Positions 33,890 to 45,889 of a DNA stretch of 64,000 nt are shown piece by piece. The stretch's first letter is position 1; every line of letters starts with the position of its first letter. The stretch is taken from assembly GCA_035221665.1 (NCBI GenBank), contig CM069153.1:23870001-23934000 (forward strand). The letters are read 5' to 3'. The position numbers and the translations under genes are program-made. The notes under the pieces are model-generated. The model had not been told where the DNA came from. It worked only from the letters and a program-made list of their open reading frames with translations, and did no database searches. The stretch is from Okamejei kenojei. Its lineage: Eukaryota.

Positions 33890-34187
33890 AAGAGTGATAC
33901 AATGTGGAAACGGGCCCTTCGGCCTAACTCGCCAGCGCTTGGTCCATATCTCTCCAAACCTGTCCTATCCATATACCTGTCTTATTGTTTCATAAATGAT
34001 GGGATAGTCCCAGCCTCAACTACCTCCTCTGGCGGCTTGTTCCATACACCCACGATCCTTTGTGTGAAAAATTCACCCCTCCGATTCCTATTAAATCTTT
34101 TCCCCTTCACCTTGAACCTATGTCCTCTGGTCCTTGATTCCCGTACTCTGGTCAAAAGACTCTGTACCCAATCTATTCCTCTCATGA
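33890..34187 (-). mobile_element. CR1 3' fragment
   Basis: TRGHRFKVKGKRFNRNRRGEFFTQRIVGVWN. Confidence 0.85.
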
Positions 34188-34615
34188 AGATTCAGTTTAC
34201 ATATTAAATGCTGTGAGAATTGAGAAAATAGAAGGTTTTGATGGCGAAATATCAGATATTGATAAATTGTGCATCAAGTGGCCATTGTGGATGACAAGTA
34301 GAGAAGTCTTATTATTGATACACAAAGTTCATCAGTTTTCTGCTATTTGCAGAGAGCAAGCTGTAATCTATCCAGTCATTTCAAATGAAAGCTAAATAAA
34401 TGTGAAGGAACTGTACGATATTTGGCATTTCTGGCTCAGTGCCCTCCAATCTGCAACTCCAAACCCCCTTTATCCTGTATCTACCTGTCACTCACCAGGA
34501 TTTGTCATGCCCCCACCTTTTTTCCGGCTTTTCCCCCTCCCTCCTGCAGTCTTAAGAAGCATCCTGATCTGAAACTTCACCTATCCATGTCTTCCTGAGA
34601 TGCTGCCTGTGTTAA

Positions 34616-34833
34616 GGGCCTGTCCCACTTTCACGACCTCTGCCGACTTTGCCCTTGAATCATACTCACAGCATGGTCGTCACGAGGCCGTAGGAGGTTG
34701 TAGGTAAGTCGTAGCAGGCTGTGATGCTAGTCATAGGTACTCATGGCATGGCCGGGGCGTTTTTCCTAGCATGATGAAAAATGTCCACGAGTAAAAAAGG
34801 TTGTGAATTAGGTCTTGAAAGTGGAACAGGCCC
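34616..34833. mobile_element. MITE with ~24-bp TIRs, flanked by TTAA on both sides (PIF/Harbinger- or Kolobok-like), inserted in a PLE 3' end
   Basis: TTAA|GGGCCTGTCCCACTTTCACGACCT ... AGGTCTTGAAAGTGGAACAGGCCC|TTAA. Confidence 0.85.
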
Positions 34834-35404
34834 TTAACTCCGGCACTTTATTTTTGTTTGTAAACCAGCATCTGCATTTCCTTGTTTTTCCAACTTTCTT
34901 AAAGTTTCATAGGCACTTATTTAGTGCCTTTAATGGTATATATGGACATATGGAGTTGGCAGTGATGTCCCCTAGATAAACGTCCAGAAGTCCTAGTACT
35001 GGAAATCTGCATTGAGGATATTTGTTGAGTGTGTTATTTGGCTTGGACACTCCATTCATAGCAGCTTCTACAACTATTATCTCTAGATTTGCAGATAAGA
35101 CACCTTGACTGAGTAATGGAGAACTCTTAGCACATATTGTATCTCAGATTACTTTAATCTCATGGTTAATTTATGACCTGATCTATCATGTAATAAAGCA
35201 GTAGGTTTAATCTGTGTAGTGAGTCGTATGAATGCAAGCCTTTGTATATAGAAAGCGGGGAAAACAATATTTGCAATGCTGCATCTAATAAAAAATGAAC
35301 TGCAGATGCTGGTTAAACACAAAATGCTGGAGTAACTCAGCGGGTCAGGCAGCATATCTGGAGATTTTTTTGTGTGTTTTGTTTAGAGATACAGCCCACC
35401 ATGT

Positions 35405-37090
35405 CCGAGCTCTATCTAATGTTTTTTGAATGCATCCGGTGAGTTGGCCTCCACTGCCTTCTGAGGCAGAGAATTCCACAGATTCACAAATCTCTGGGCG
35501 AAAAAGATTTTCCTCATCTCAGTTCTAAATGGCCTTCCCCGTATTCTTAAACTGTGGCCCCTGATTCTGGACTCCCCCAACATCGGGAGCATGTTTCCTG
35601 CATCTAACGTGTCCAATCCCTTAATAATTGTTTTTATTTTTTTATAAGACATCCATTCATCCTTCTAAATTCCAGTGCATACAAGCCCAGTTCCATCATA
35701 TGTCCCGCTTTCCCGCCTCAACCTACACTACACTCCCTCAATAGTAAGAATGTACATCCTCAGGTTAGGAGACCAAACCTGCACACAACACTCCAAGTGT
35801 GGTCTCACCAGGGCACTGTACAACTGCAGATGGACCTATTTGCTCTTATACTCAAATCCTCTCGTTATGAAGGCCAACATGCCATTAGCTTTCTTCATTG
35901 GCTGCTGTAGCTGCATGCTTACTTTCAGTGACTGATGTACAAGAACACCCAGGTCTCATTGCACTTCTCCTTTTCATAATCTGACATGATCAACACTTCA
36001 ACTCCCCCTCCCATTCCCAATCTGACCTTTCTGTCCTGGGCCTCCTCCATTGTCAGAGTGAGGCCCAGCGAAAATTGGAGGAACAGCACCTCATATTTCG
36101 CTTCGGTAGTTTACACGCCAGTGGTATGAACATTGCTTCTCTAACTTCAGTTAGCCTTTGCTTTCCCTAACCATCCCCTACACCTTCTGTTCAACCACTA
36201 GTCTTAGTGTCTCTGCCTACATTCTATATTTGCCCCGCCCCCTCCCATGACATCAGTCTGAAGAAGGGTCTCGACCCAAAACGTCGCCCATTCCTTCTCA
36301 CCTGAGATGCTGCCTCACCCGCTGAGTTACTCCAGCATTTTTGGGTCTACCATTCAAATAATAATCTGCCTTCTTGTTCTTGCCACCAAAGTGGATAACC
36401 TCATATTTATCCACATTATACTGCATCTGCCATGCATCTGCCCACTCATCCAACCTATCGAATTCACCCTGCATCCTCATTGCATCATCTTCACAGTTCA
36501 CCCTGCCACCCAGCTTTGTGTCATCTGCAACTTTGCTAATGTTACTTTTAATTCCTTCATCTAAATCATTAATATATATTGTGAATAGCTGCAGTCCCAG
36601 TACCGAGCCTAGCGACACCCTGCCAGTCACTACCTGTCATTCAGAAAGGGAACCGTTAATCCCTACTCTTTGTTCCTGTCTGCCAATCATAGAAACAGAA
36701 ACAAAGAAACTAGGTGCAGGAGGAGGCCATTCGGCCCTTCGAGCCAGCACCGCCATTCATTGTGATCGTGGCTGATCGTCCCCAATCAATAACCCATGCC
36801 TGCCTTAACCCTTGATTCCACTAGCCCATAGAGCTCTATCTAACTCTCTCTTAAATTAATCTAGTGATTTGGCCTCCACTGCCCTCTGTGGCAGGGAATT
36901 CCACAAATTCACAACTCTCTGGATGAAAAAGTTTTTTCTCACCTCAGTCTTAAATGGCCTCCCCTTTATTCTAAGACGGTGGCCCCTGGTTATGGACTCA
37001 CCCAATATTGGGAACATTTTTCCTGCATCTAGCTTGTCCAGTAATTTTATAATTTTATTTGTTTTTATATTCCCCCTCATCCTTCTAAAC
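35405..37090 (-). mobile_element. Two CR1 fragments with a nested PLE 3' fragment (35990-36351, plus strand, hammerhead motif at 36258-36285)
   Basis: YINDLDEGIKSNISKVADDTKLGG and FFIQRVVNLWNSLPQ; PLE part GGAGGAACAGCACCTCATATTTCGC..CTGAAGAAGGGTCTCGACCCAAAACGTC. Confidence 0.85.
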
Positions 37091-37094
37091 TCTA

Positions 37095-37932
37095 GAAATC
37101 GCTATCAAAATATGGGGGGGGGGGGGGGGGAACAACATTTCATGGCGGCCGCGCGCGCATGTGCTCATTCACTCACATGCTAGGCTTCAGAGGCTTCAGC
37201 CGTGGGCCCTTTGAACGGTAATTTCAGCTCAATCCAGCGCTTAATGCAGCTCAACTCTGCCTGTCTCGCCTGGTTAACCTACAGCCCTGCCTGGACTGAC
37301 GGGACACCAGCTTGGAGTCGTGGAGCTAGCGCTGCTTCTCCGCGCTGGCTTTAAACCTGGGCCATATTTCCCCTAAATCCAGGCTGGGCTGAAGGTTAAC
37401 CTGGCCGGACGGGCAGAGTTGAGCTAGATTTAGCGCTGCTTCTCTGCGCTGGCTGTGGGCCTGGGGGCACAGCTCCCGTCTGACTCCCTACGTCTCTGGC
37501 CACTCCCTGGAGATGGTCCAGTGGCAATTCGGCAGCGATTGCAGCGCCGGAGAGCCGGGGTTGATCCTGGCTGCGGATGAGGCACAGGTCTGTGTCCAGG
37601 ACTGCCGAGAGTGCTTTTGCCACGTCTCCCTCCTCCAATGACCACGTTCTATCCTCAGTCCCATCCCCCCCACTTCCGCCTCTGACCGACACAACCCTCC
37701 TCCAATGATCGCGCTGAATCATCATGTCCCGCCCCCATTGCCTGCTGACTGACGTCTCTCTCGGCGCCCTCGATCAGCAGTCCCACCCCCACTGTCTCGC
37801 GGAAAGTGAAGATTTCACCGGATTTTAAAATCCGGATTACAAAAAATGGGGGGGGGGGGGGATTGTCCCCGCCACTCAAAACTGAGGGGTACGTGTGTCC
37901 CCTGCCCCCCCCAACCCGGATTTCCACCCCTG
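37095..37932. mobile_element. Non-autonomous hAT-like DNA element
   Basis: Right end reverse-complements to CAGGGGTGGAAATC; left GAAATC + G-run appears truncated; GC-rich interior without protein motifs. Confidence 0.5.
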
Positions 37933-38551
37933 CCCTTGAGGATGCCCAGCAATCAATTCAAGGCTTCTTGAGCACTGGCACCAGGGAGGCAACACACCAT
38001 CCTCGCGTCTCGCCTGTTTCCACAGAATCTCCTGTCGTACCTCCCACTACCACTACGACGTTACCTGATGTAGGTCTCCGGTTGAGCCAAAGTGCTAGGA
38101 TTTAATTGAAAGACCTGTCGCCGCTCGGACTGGAAGTGTTTTACCAGCTGAATCACTGTGTCACCCTTCATTGTATAGTTATATTTTATTGTTATTATTA
38201 TGGATGCGATGATTTTGATTGGAACTAGTTCTTTAAATTTGCAAACATAATGAAAATGTTAAATGTTTACTGGGTATCTCTCCAAGGGCCCTCCACGCTC
38301 TCCGACACCCCACCTCTGTGAGCCTTTGATGTGAGGCATGTTTTTTTCCATGCTTCTAGACTCCCCATAATTTTCATAAATTAGTTATGATTAGAATGGA
38401 ATTTCGGTGAGCCCCGCATTGGGTTTAACCATCCAGAGTTGAGTCTCCATTAGTATTGTCCTTATGTCCATGTCTCAGATTCCTGTCCATTCTGTGTCAC
38501 AAGTGCCTTGTATAAATAAATTATAAAATCTATATTATCAAGAAGAAATCA

Positions 38552-38792
38552 GAGCAGCACGGTGGTTCAGTGGTAGAGTTGTTGACTGACAGTACCAGAG
38601 ACCCGGGTTCGATCCTGACGATAGTAGTTGTCTGTACGGAGTTTGTACGTTTTCCCTGTGATCGCATGGGTTTTCTCCAGGTGCTTCTGTAAATTGTCCC
38701 GAGTGTGTAGAATAGTGCTAATGCATGGGGTTAGCATGGACTGGGTGGGCCGAAGGACCCGTTTCCCTGCTGCATCTCTAAAGTCTAAAGTA
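38552..38792 (+). mobile_element. HE1-type V-SINE
   Basis: GCAGCACGGTGGTTCAGTGGTAGAGTTG..ACCCGGGTTCGATCCTGAC..GGGCCGAAGGACCCGTTTCC. Confidence 0.8.
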
Positions 38793-38842
38793 AAGTATAT
38801 TCTGTATTTTGAGACACGTTAATTATTTATTTTCTATTTCAG

Positions 38843-38992
38843 GACCTGAGCACTTGAAAACTAATGCATCAACACACCAAGAGAAACCAAAAGAAAAGGA
38901 GAGAACTGGTGTTGGTCTTATTCTTTCCATGGTTTTCTTAATGCTTCTGATATTCTCAGCAATGTTTTACTACAAAAAACAGTTATCTCGAG
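38843..38992 (+). CDS. Stalk/transmembrane exon of the Ig-superfamily gene
   Basis: Acceptor TTTTCTATTTCAG|38843, 150 nt phase 1-1. GPEHLKTNASTHQEKPKEKERT-GVGLILSMVFLMLLIFSAMFYY-KKQLSR is a TM segment plus basic stop-transfer. Donor GTACAC is weak. Confidence 0.82.
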
Positions 38993-39059
38993 GTACACTA
39001 TTAATTCTGATAATTGAAAAGAAACAACTGACTTTTGCATAGTAGTTTTCAAAGAATCA

Positions 39060-39495
39060 TTTAGTTTAAAGATACAACATGGAAACAGGCCCTTCGGCCC
39101 ACCAGCTCCACGCCGACCATCGATCGGCTGTTCACACTAGTTCTATGTTATCCCACATTTGCATCCACTCCCTGACACAGACTTCTCTTGGTCCCTGGCA
39201 CTGTTATCTCCTGAATTTATATCATATGCAGCCAGCTATAAAATGGAGAGCTAACTTTTTATTTTTTGGAGCACGTTATGTATGGGCAGCACAATGCGAC
39301 AATTTTTTATAGAGGCCAATTAAACCTACAAACCTGCACATCTTTGGGATGTGGGAGGAAACACCCAGAGGAAACCGACATGGTTATATGGAGAACGTGC
39401 AAAAGCCACACAGACAGCACCCGAGGTCAGAATTGAACCCGGGCCTCTGGCGCCGTGAGGCAGCAGCTCCACTCGCTGTGCCACTGAGCCACCTA
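39060..39495 (-). mobile_element. HE1-type V-SINE (interrupted)
   Basis: GGAAACAGGCCCTTCGGCCCACC tail; GAATTGAACCCGGGCCTCTGGCGCCGTGAGGCAGC head. Confidence 0.8.
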
Positions 39496-39561
39496 TTTTC
39501 TCTTTTATTGTAATCTTGTGTGAATATAGATTAACTAACCTATTCTCTGCCCACCCATCAG

Positions 39562-39587
39562 TGTCTCCATCAAGTGAATCAGTCTAG
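39562..39587 (+). CDS. Candidate last coding exon (cytoplasmic tail VSPSSESV-stop)
   Basis: Branch-point-like CTAAC + pyrimidine tract + CAG| at 39561; a phase-1 join gives VSPSSESV*. Alternative acceptors exist at ~42313 and ~42371. Confidence 0.35.
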
Positions 39588-39762
39588 TGAACAACCACTC
39601 AATCCTTCCATAACAAACACATTCCTTCTCACATCAATGGGACCAAAATGGCACATGAAACAGATTGGATTTCAGCCAGATCTTGTGCAGTTGCACAATT
39701 CAGCCTTGCTCCTGTACTCAAACATTCTTGCAATGGAGGCCTCGCCAGCTGAAGCGGCCAGT

Positions 39763-40070
39763 GGGCGGGCTAGTGGCGCATGGATAGAATTGCTGCCTAA
39801 CATGCTTGCAGCACCAGAGACCCGGGTTCGATCCTGACTACGGGTGCTGTCTGTCTGGAGTTTGTATGTTCTCCCCATGACCGCATGGGTTTTCTCCGAT
39901 ATTTTCAGTTTCCTCCCACAATCCAAAGACGTACAGGTATGTAGGTTCATTGGCTTGGTGTAAATTGTCCCTAGTGTGTGCAGGCTTGTGTTAATGAGCG
40001 GGGAACGCTGGTCAGTGCGCCAAAGGTCCTGTTTCAACGCTGTAACTCTAAACTAAACTAACCTAAACTG
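39763..40070 (+). mobile_element. HE1-type V-SINE
   Basis: CCAGAGACCCGGGTTCGATCCTGACTACGGGTGC..CCTGTTTC..(CTAAA)n. Confidence 0.85.
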
Positions 40071-41116
40071 AATGCCGCTTTCAATGGTTCAATGGTTTCT
40101 TTATTTTTGTATGTACCCAGGTACAGTTAAATACATTTTTTGCATACAACTCAGCAAGACTATCCACGTACATAAGCACCATTCCCAGTTTGCACAGAAT
40201 TTAGAACAGTGCACTGTTTGTATGCAAGAGGTGCCATTTTACAGTCCCAGCTGCTGCTGGCCACAAAGGCCCTTTGCAGCCGTCGCTTCAATCCGTGTCG
40301 TCCCGCGATCCGATGTCCCTCTCCTTGCATGGCTACCTTATCCCTTGCTCCTGGGAGGGGAGGGGGGGAGGGGGGGAGGGGACGCCTCCCCAACGGAGCT
40401 TGAGGGAGCAGAACATAAGACCCCCAGTTCTTTTTACTGGGCCATTGATCCAGCAACTGCCGTCGTTCCTATCCTCCTCCTCTCACAGCGGGTGAGCTGG
40501 GCCTGTTGTTGGGATGGGCAGTGCCTCACAGGGGCCCTTTATCCAGTGTCCGCTGCCGTTTCTCTCCATCCTCCTCACCGGGCGGTTTCTGAGTTCCCCC
40601 ATTCCACGGCAGGTGAGTCAGGCCTGTTGTTGGCACGTGGCTGCGGCTCGCCAGGATTCAATCTCAAGAATTGGTGCACATGGACACCAGATCATTGCAC
40701 ATTTCCTTTTGCCAGTCTATCATTGACTTGGGTAATAATGCCTTCCTGTTTTAAGTACCAATGTAAATAACCTCACAATTATCCACAGTAAACTCCATTA
40801 GCCTTACATTGGCCCATTCGCCTAACACCTCGAGACACATCTAGAGTTTAAAAAAGATGAGAGTTTGGTGGTAGACAGGTGTGTGACATGGTGCATGGTT
40901 ATGAAGCAATGCTATCCAGGAAATAATCTTTCAGCTCTAACCTACTGCTAATCTGTCATTTACTTGAATAATAATGTTGTGATTTTCTCTAAAGCATCGA
41001 TGAGGAGATTTTCTGAAACATCACGGTCAAATTTAATAGGTATGTCATTTTTTTTAAATCAAAATGTTTTACAATGTCAATTAAGAGCGCCTGCTTTACT
41101 TTAATTAGAACGCGAA

Positions 41117-41962
41117 CCATGGAATGGTGTTGCATGGGAACAGGCCATTTGGCCAACAATGTATGCGCAGACCATGATGCCAATCTTAACTCATTCCATC
41201 AGCCCGGACATTGTATATATCCCTCCATTTTCTTCCTGACCAAATCCTGTCTAAACGCCTCTTAAATGTTGCTTCCAACACTTCCCCTGGTTGTGTGTTC
41301 CAGGCCTTTACTGATGTGTTAAGAAAACTTGCCTCGTAAATCTCCTTTAAACTATCCCCCTGTCAGCTTAAAGCTATATGCTCTAGTATTTGGCATTTCC
41401 ACACTGGGAAAAAGGCTGACTATCTACCTGCTCATTATTCTATAAACCTCTATCAACCTCCATCAAACCTCACTTAGCGTCCAGAGAAAACAATCCATGT
41501 TTGTTCAATCTCTCCTTTTAGAATTTAGAAAATTCTTTAATCAATCCAAAATCCAGGTAAACCCATTTTTGACCCTCTCCAACACCCCCACTTCTTTTCT
41601 GCAGTACGGCAACAAGATCTGCGCACAATACTCCAAATGTAACGTCACCAATATTTTGCGCAGTTACAACCTGACTTCCCGAATTGTCAACACCCTGACC
41701 GATGAAGGGAACTTCTCTACCAGCTTGACTACTTGTGTGTCACTTTCTAGGAGCTATGAACTTGCACGCCAAGATCCCTTGAAGCCTGAAGAAAGGTCTC
41801 GACTGGAAATATCACCTATTCCTTTTCTCCAGATGTGCTGTCTGACCCGCTGAGTTACTCCAGCTTTTTGTGTCTATCCCCAAGATCCCTCTGTACATTA
41901 GTGCTCCTAAGAGTCCTATCATTTATTGTATACATTCCTCTTGCATTTGACTTCCCAAAATG
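41117..41962 (-). mobile_element. Old CR1 fragment carrying a hammerhead-unit insertion (41780-41879) with 11-bp TSD
   Basis: CR1 motifs GCACAATACTCCAAATGT and TTGACTTCCCAAAATG; CCAAGATCCCT at 41769-41779 and 41880-41890 flanks CCTGAAGAAAGGTCTCGAC..TGTGTCTATC. Confidence 0.8.
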
Positions 41963-43415
41963 AAATCTATGGGATGTGGGAGGAAACCAGAGCACCCAGA
42001 GGCAGCCCACACGGTAACAGGGAGCATGTGCAAACTCCACACAGACATCACTCGAGGTTAAGTTCGCAACTGGGTCTCCGGCACTGCGGGCCAACAGCTC
42101 TCCTAGCTGCGCCACTGTGCTGCCCTTTATTTCCTGACAGATGACGCAGAGTTGAAGTGACAAGACTTTACATGACCTGCAAACTAAATTATTTTATCAA
42201 GTTAAATTTCTGAAACAAGTGTTAGATTTGGATATTAAAAATCCTCTTGTCTGTTATCATAATCATTCACGTAAATCGGCATTATCATCACATCTCGATA
42301 TTTCCACCACAGCTCAAAGTACTGATAAATCACAATTCAAACAGCTAATTATATTTTACTTATTTCCAAGCCAATTGACTGAGATCTGATCCTTCAGAGA
42401 AGAAGAGTGAATGAAGAGTATAAACGGAGCAGGAATAACAGGAAGAGACTTGACATTCTGAAGATTATGATCAGGCATAACTCAAGTAAAAAAGGAAGAT
42501 AACCTTTCTATATGATTACTCAAATTTCTTGGCAATGTTGTAAATCTTTGATGACTAAGGAAATATAATTAAATTTGGTTTTTTTGACAATTTTCAACAT
42601 GTTTTTATTGCAATATGAAATTGACAAGTGTTGAAAGTGTAAACATGACATTCTTTCATGCATTCTAAATCCAAGTTCAGACTTATCCCATCAGCCCGAT
42701 AAACACCCAGCCTTAACTTAATAGACACAAGAGTCACAGCTACAGCTACTTGCTGCCTTGTTTTATGCTTACTAGTGTATTAGGACCATGTTAGAGTGGG
42801 AGATTAACACAGTGATGAATAAAAGGTGGGCAAATAGTTGTACATGCAACCTGGAAAAATAATAACCCAAAACAATGTGTGTTATGTGCAATGTCCCTCC
42901 AAATACTATCAAATTTATATTCATGTGTACTATACATCCTATGCTAATAAAACCTGAGATTATAGTGAAGCATTTTTTGAATAGCTTCACTGATTTATCA
43001 TCATGTCCTTAAAAGACACTTGGACAGGTACATGGATAGGGAAGGTTGGAAGGATATGGACCAAACATAGGCAGATTAGCTTTGATGTGGTATTTTGGTC
43101 AGCATGGACAAGCTGGGATGAAGGGCCTGTTCCCACGCTGTGTGACTCTATGATGAGTGTCCTCACAATAGCCCAATGCTACAGAATGGGTCCAGAATAC
43201 CCTGTAGCCTCAAGTCACTGCGAGCAATGGAATTATCTTGCACTCCCTTGCATCATGCTAAGATTTATTTTAGTTTGGTTTAGAGATACGACATGAAAAC
43301 AGGCCCTTCAGCCCACTGAGTCCATGCCGACCATTGATCACCCGTTCATACTAGTTCTATGTTATTCCACCTTCTCATCCACTTCCTTCACATTAGGGGC
43401 AAATTATAGGGATTA

Positions 43416-44737
43416 CTAGACTAAGTGGGATCCGTTGCGTCCCAGCATCACACAGCTGCTGGTCCCCCAACGCAATATTCCACCTCTCCACCAATTCCAA
43501 TATTGGTGGCCAGTGGGGTGGGGGTGGGGGTTCTGGAGCGCTAGTATGGGTGTTGTGTGCTGAAGGGGCTGGTTTTCAGAGGGCTAGTATGGACATTGTG
43601 GGCCGAATGGATTCTTGGGCTGGTGGCTCAGTCACTCAAGCCTGTTGTGCTGGCAGCTCACTCACTCATGGTTGGTGGCCTCACAGTTGACTCATGGCTA
43701 TTCCTTGAAATTTCATTTCAAGCAGGGTGCAAGGGCACCAAATTCAAGTGCAGTTTCATATCATTTTAAGCAGGGTGCAAGGCCACTAAAGACAGAGAGT
43801 CATGACCTCTCCCTCCCCCATCTCATAGAGACTGAGCCACGTCCACACTTCCAGGTTTTATAGTCCCCCCACATCCCACCAGAAGGAGTGTGACCTTCAT
43901 GGCATGATTGACAGGAGAGAGAACCTCAACATTGTTTTAAACACTAATAACTCTTTTATTTTTCACCGATTGGAAATATCCTCGGCACCTGATGAGCGGA
44001 GGGGGACTGAGCAAGATGGCCAAAAATCACAGCCGTACGTGGTAGCGTATTTTCTAAAATCAACACAAAGCGCAAACAGGAAGTGGTCAAGATTAGACTT
44101 TTAATTATATAGAAGGCAAGGCAGCTCTAATTTGGCAAGGCAGCTCGCTTTAGCACTTTCAAAACCAAAGGCAAGGCAACTCGCTTTAGCACTTACAAAA
44201 AATAAGGCAAGGCAGCTCGCTTTAGCACTTTCAAAACCAAAGGCAAGGCAGCTCACTTTAGCACTTTCAAAACCAAAGGCAAGGCAGCTCACTTTAGCAC
44301 TTTCAAAACCAAAGGCAACACAGCTTTAGCACTTTAAACCAAAACACACTTTTGCATTTCAAACTACATTTTCAAACCACATTAAGTGCACTGACAGGTC
44401 AGTAAAACCGCTCACAGTGTAGTAAGACATGTGTTCAGTGTTAGTCACAGCTCAGACTGAGAATTGCTCCCCCATCTTGCAGAGAACTGAGGCACCTCCA
44501 CACTTCCGGGTTTTATAGTCCCTCCGGAAGCAATGTGGCCTTCAGGAGAGAGAATCTCAACATTTTTTAAACACTAATAACTCTTTTTCATTGTTGGGAA
44601 AATCCTCTTGTCCTGCGCATCGCTGGAGGACTCTGAATAAGATGGCCAAAACTCACAGCCGTAAGTGGCAGCATTTTTTCTAAAATCAACATACAGACAT
44701 GAGGAAATGGTCAAGATCAGACTTTTAGTAATATAGA
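43416..44737 (-). mobile_element. Composite non-autonomous Helitron (one 3' end, two 5' ends)
   Basis: Minus strand: A|TCTATATTACTAAAAG at 44737; second 5' end TCTATATAATTAAAAG at 44113; 3' GC hairpin at 43427-43443 then CTAG|T at 43416; no TSD. Confidence 0.8.
44133..44340 (+). repeat. 36-bp minisatellite (~5.5 copies) inside the Helitron
   Basis: GGCAAGGCAGCTC(G/A)CTTTAGCACTTTCAAAACCAAA head-to-tail. Confidence 0.92.
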
Positions 44738-45039
44738 TAATCACGATCTGATTGTAATCATGTATAGTCTGTCCGCTGACTGGATAGCATGAAAGAAAAA
44801 AGCTTTTCGCTGTACCTCGGTACACGTGACAATAAACTAAACTAATCTCAACTAAGGCCACTTAACCTTCTAAACTCGTACATCTTTGGGATGTGGGAGG
44901 AAACCAGAACACCAGCAGAAAGTATAAACTCCACATAGACATCAGCTGAGGTCAGCCTGTGAGGCATCAACTCATGTCTGCCTGTGTTGTCTGTGTCACT
45001 GTTTGAAAAACAGACCCACCACTGCAGCTCTCCCCCTGT

Positions 45040-45145
45040 TCAGCACCCAAGCATCACCCTAGATTTCTGTGCTCTGGAGTGGGATTTGAACCCACAACCT
45101 CCCAACCCAGAAACGGGAGCACTAACCACTGAGCCATGATGCTGT
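45040..45145 (-). mobile_element. Old tRNA-derived SINE head (SacSINE/DeuSINE-like)
   Basis: Minus strand TGGCTCAGTGGTTAGTGC..GGTTGTGGGTTCAAATCCCACTCCAGAG (A and B boxes). Confidence 0.6.
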
Positions 45146-45536
45146 GAGATTTGAATGCATGCTGCCGAAATACAAAAGAGGAGCACGTGAAAATTAAATA
45201 TTAGGCGAACTTCAGTCTTCAGAAAATTGATGTCCCACTGGGAGTACTGTAAGTTCCTTTTGGGTCTCAACCTACAGTGTGATTTGCTCCTTGTTTGACA
45301 CCGAGTGAAAAATTTTGCTCCAAATTCAATTGCAAAAGTTACAATGATATCATTGTATGTTGAAGACCAGAGCAATGTGTGAATGGTGATGGGGAAGAAT
45401 GAGCTAAGCAGCAAGGTCTAATTTCCTGATATGTTGGATTACCACCAGGAATCTGAGTAAATATTTCAAAGCATGCAAATATTATATACAGGAGAAATTT
45501 ACCTGCATGTACATGTATTTCTTTTGTACACATAAA

Positions 45537-45830
45537 TTAGTTTAGTTTAGAGATACAGCGCGGAAACAGGCCCTTCTGTCTACCAAGTCGGTGCCGACCA
45601 GCGATACCCATACACTAGTACTATCCTACACACTGGGGGTCATTTTCCATTTTACCGAAGCCAATTAGCCTACAAATCTGTACATTCTTGGAATGTGGGA
45701 GGAAACCGGGGTACCCGGAGAAAATCCACATAGGTCATGGGGAGAACGAACAAACTCCATATAGATAGCTCCTGTAGACAGGATCGAACCTGGCTCTCTG
45801 ACGTTGTAAGGTAGCAACTCTATTGCTGTT
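45537..45830 (-). mobile_element. HE1-type V-SINE
   Basis: (TTTAG)n AGATACAGCGCGGAAACAGGCCC..GGATCGAACCTGG. Confidence 0.85.
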
Positions 45831-45889
45831 GTTTCTCTTCAGTATTTAATAGATGGCCTTTCCCCTTAACCTCTCATATTTCCTTATTA

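Noticed and set aside
40072-40770. 232-aa ORF as a host exon downstream of the TM exon
   Set aside because: No recognisable domain; begins in an antisense retroposon-like tail and overlaps GC-rich repeat-like sequence
44133-44340. 36-bp repeats resembling a CRISPR array
   Set aside because: Units are head-to-tail with no unique spacers, there are no cas genes, and the context is vertebrate; this is a minisatellite in a Helitron
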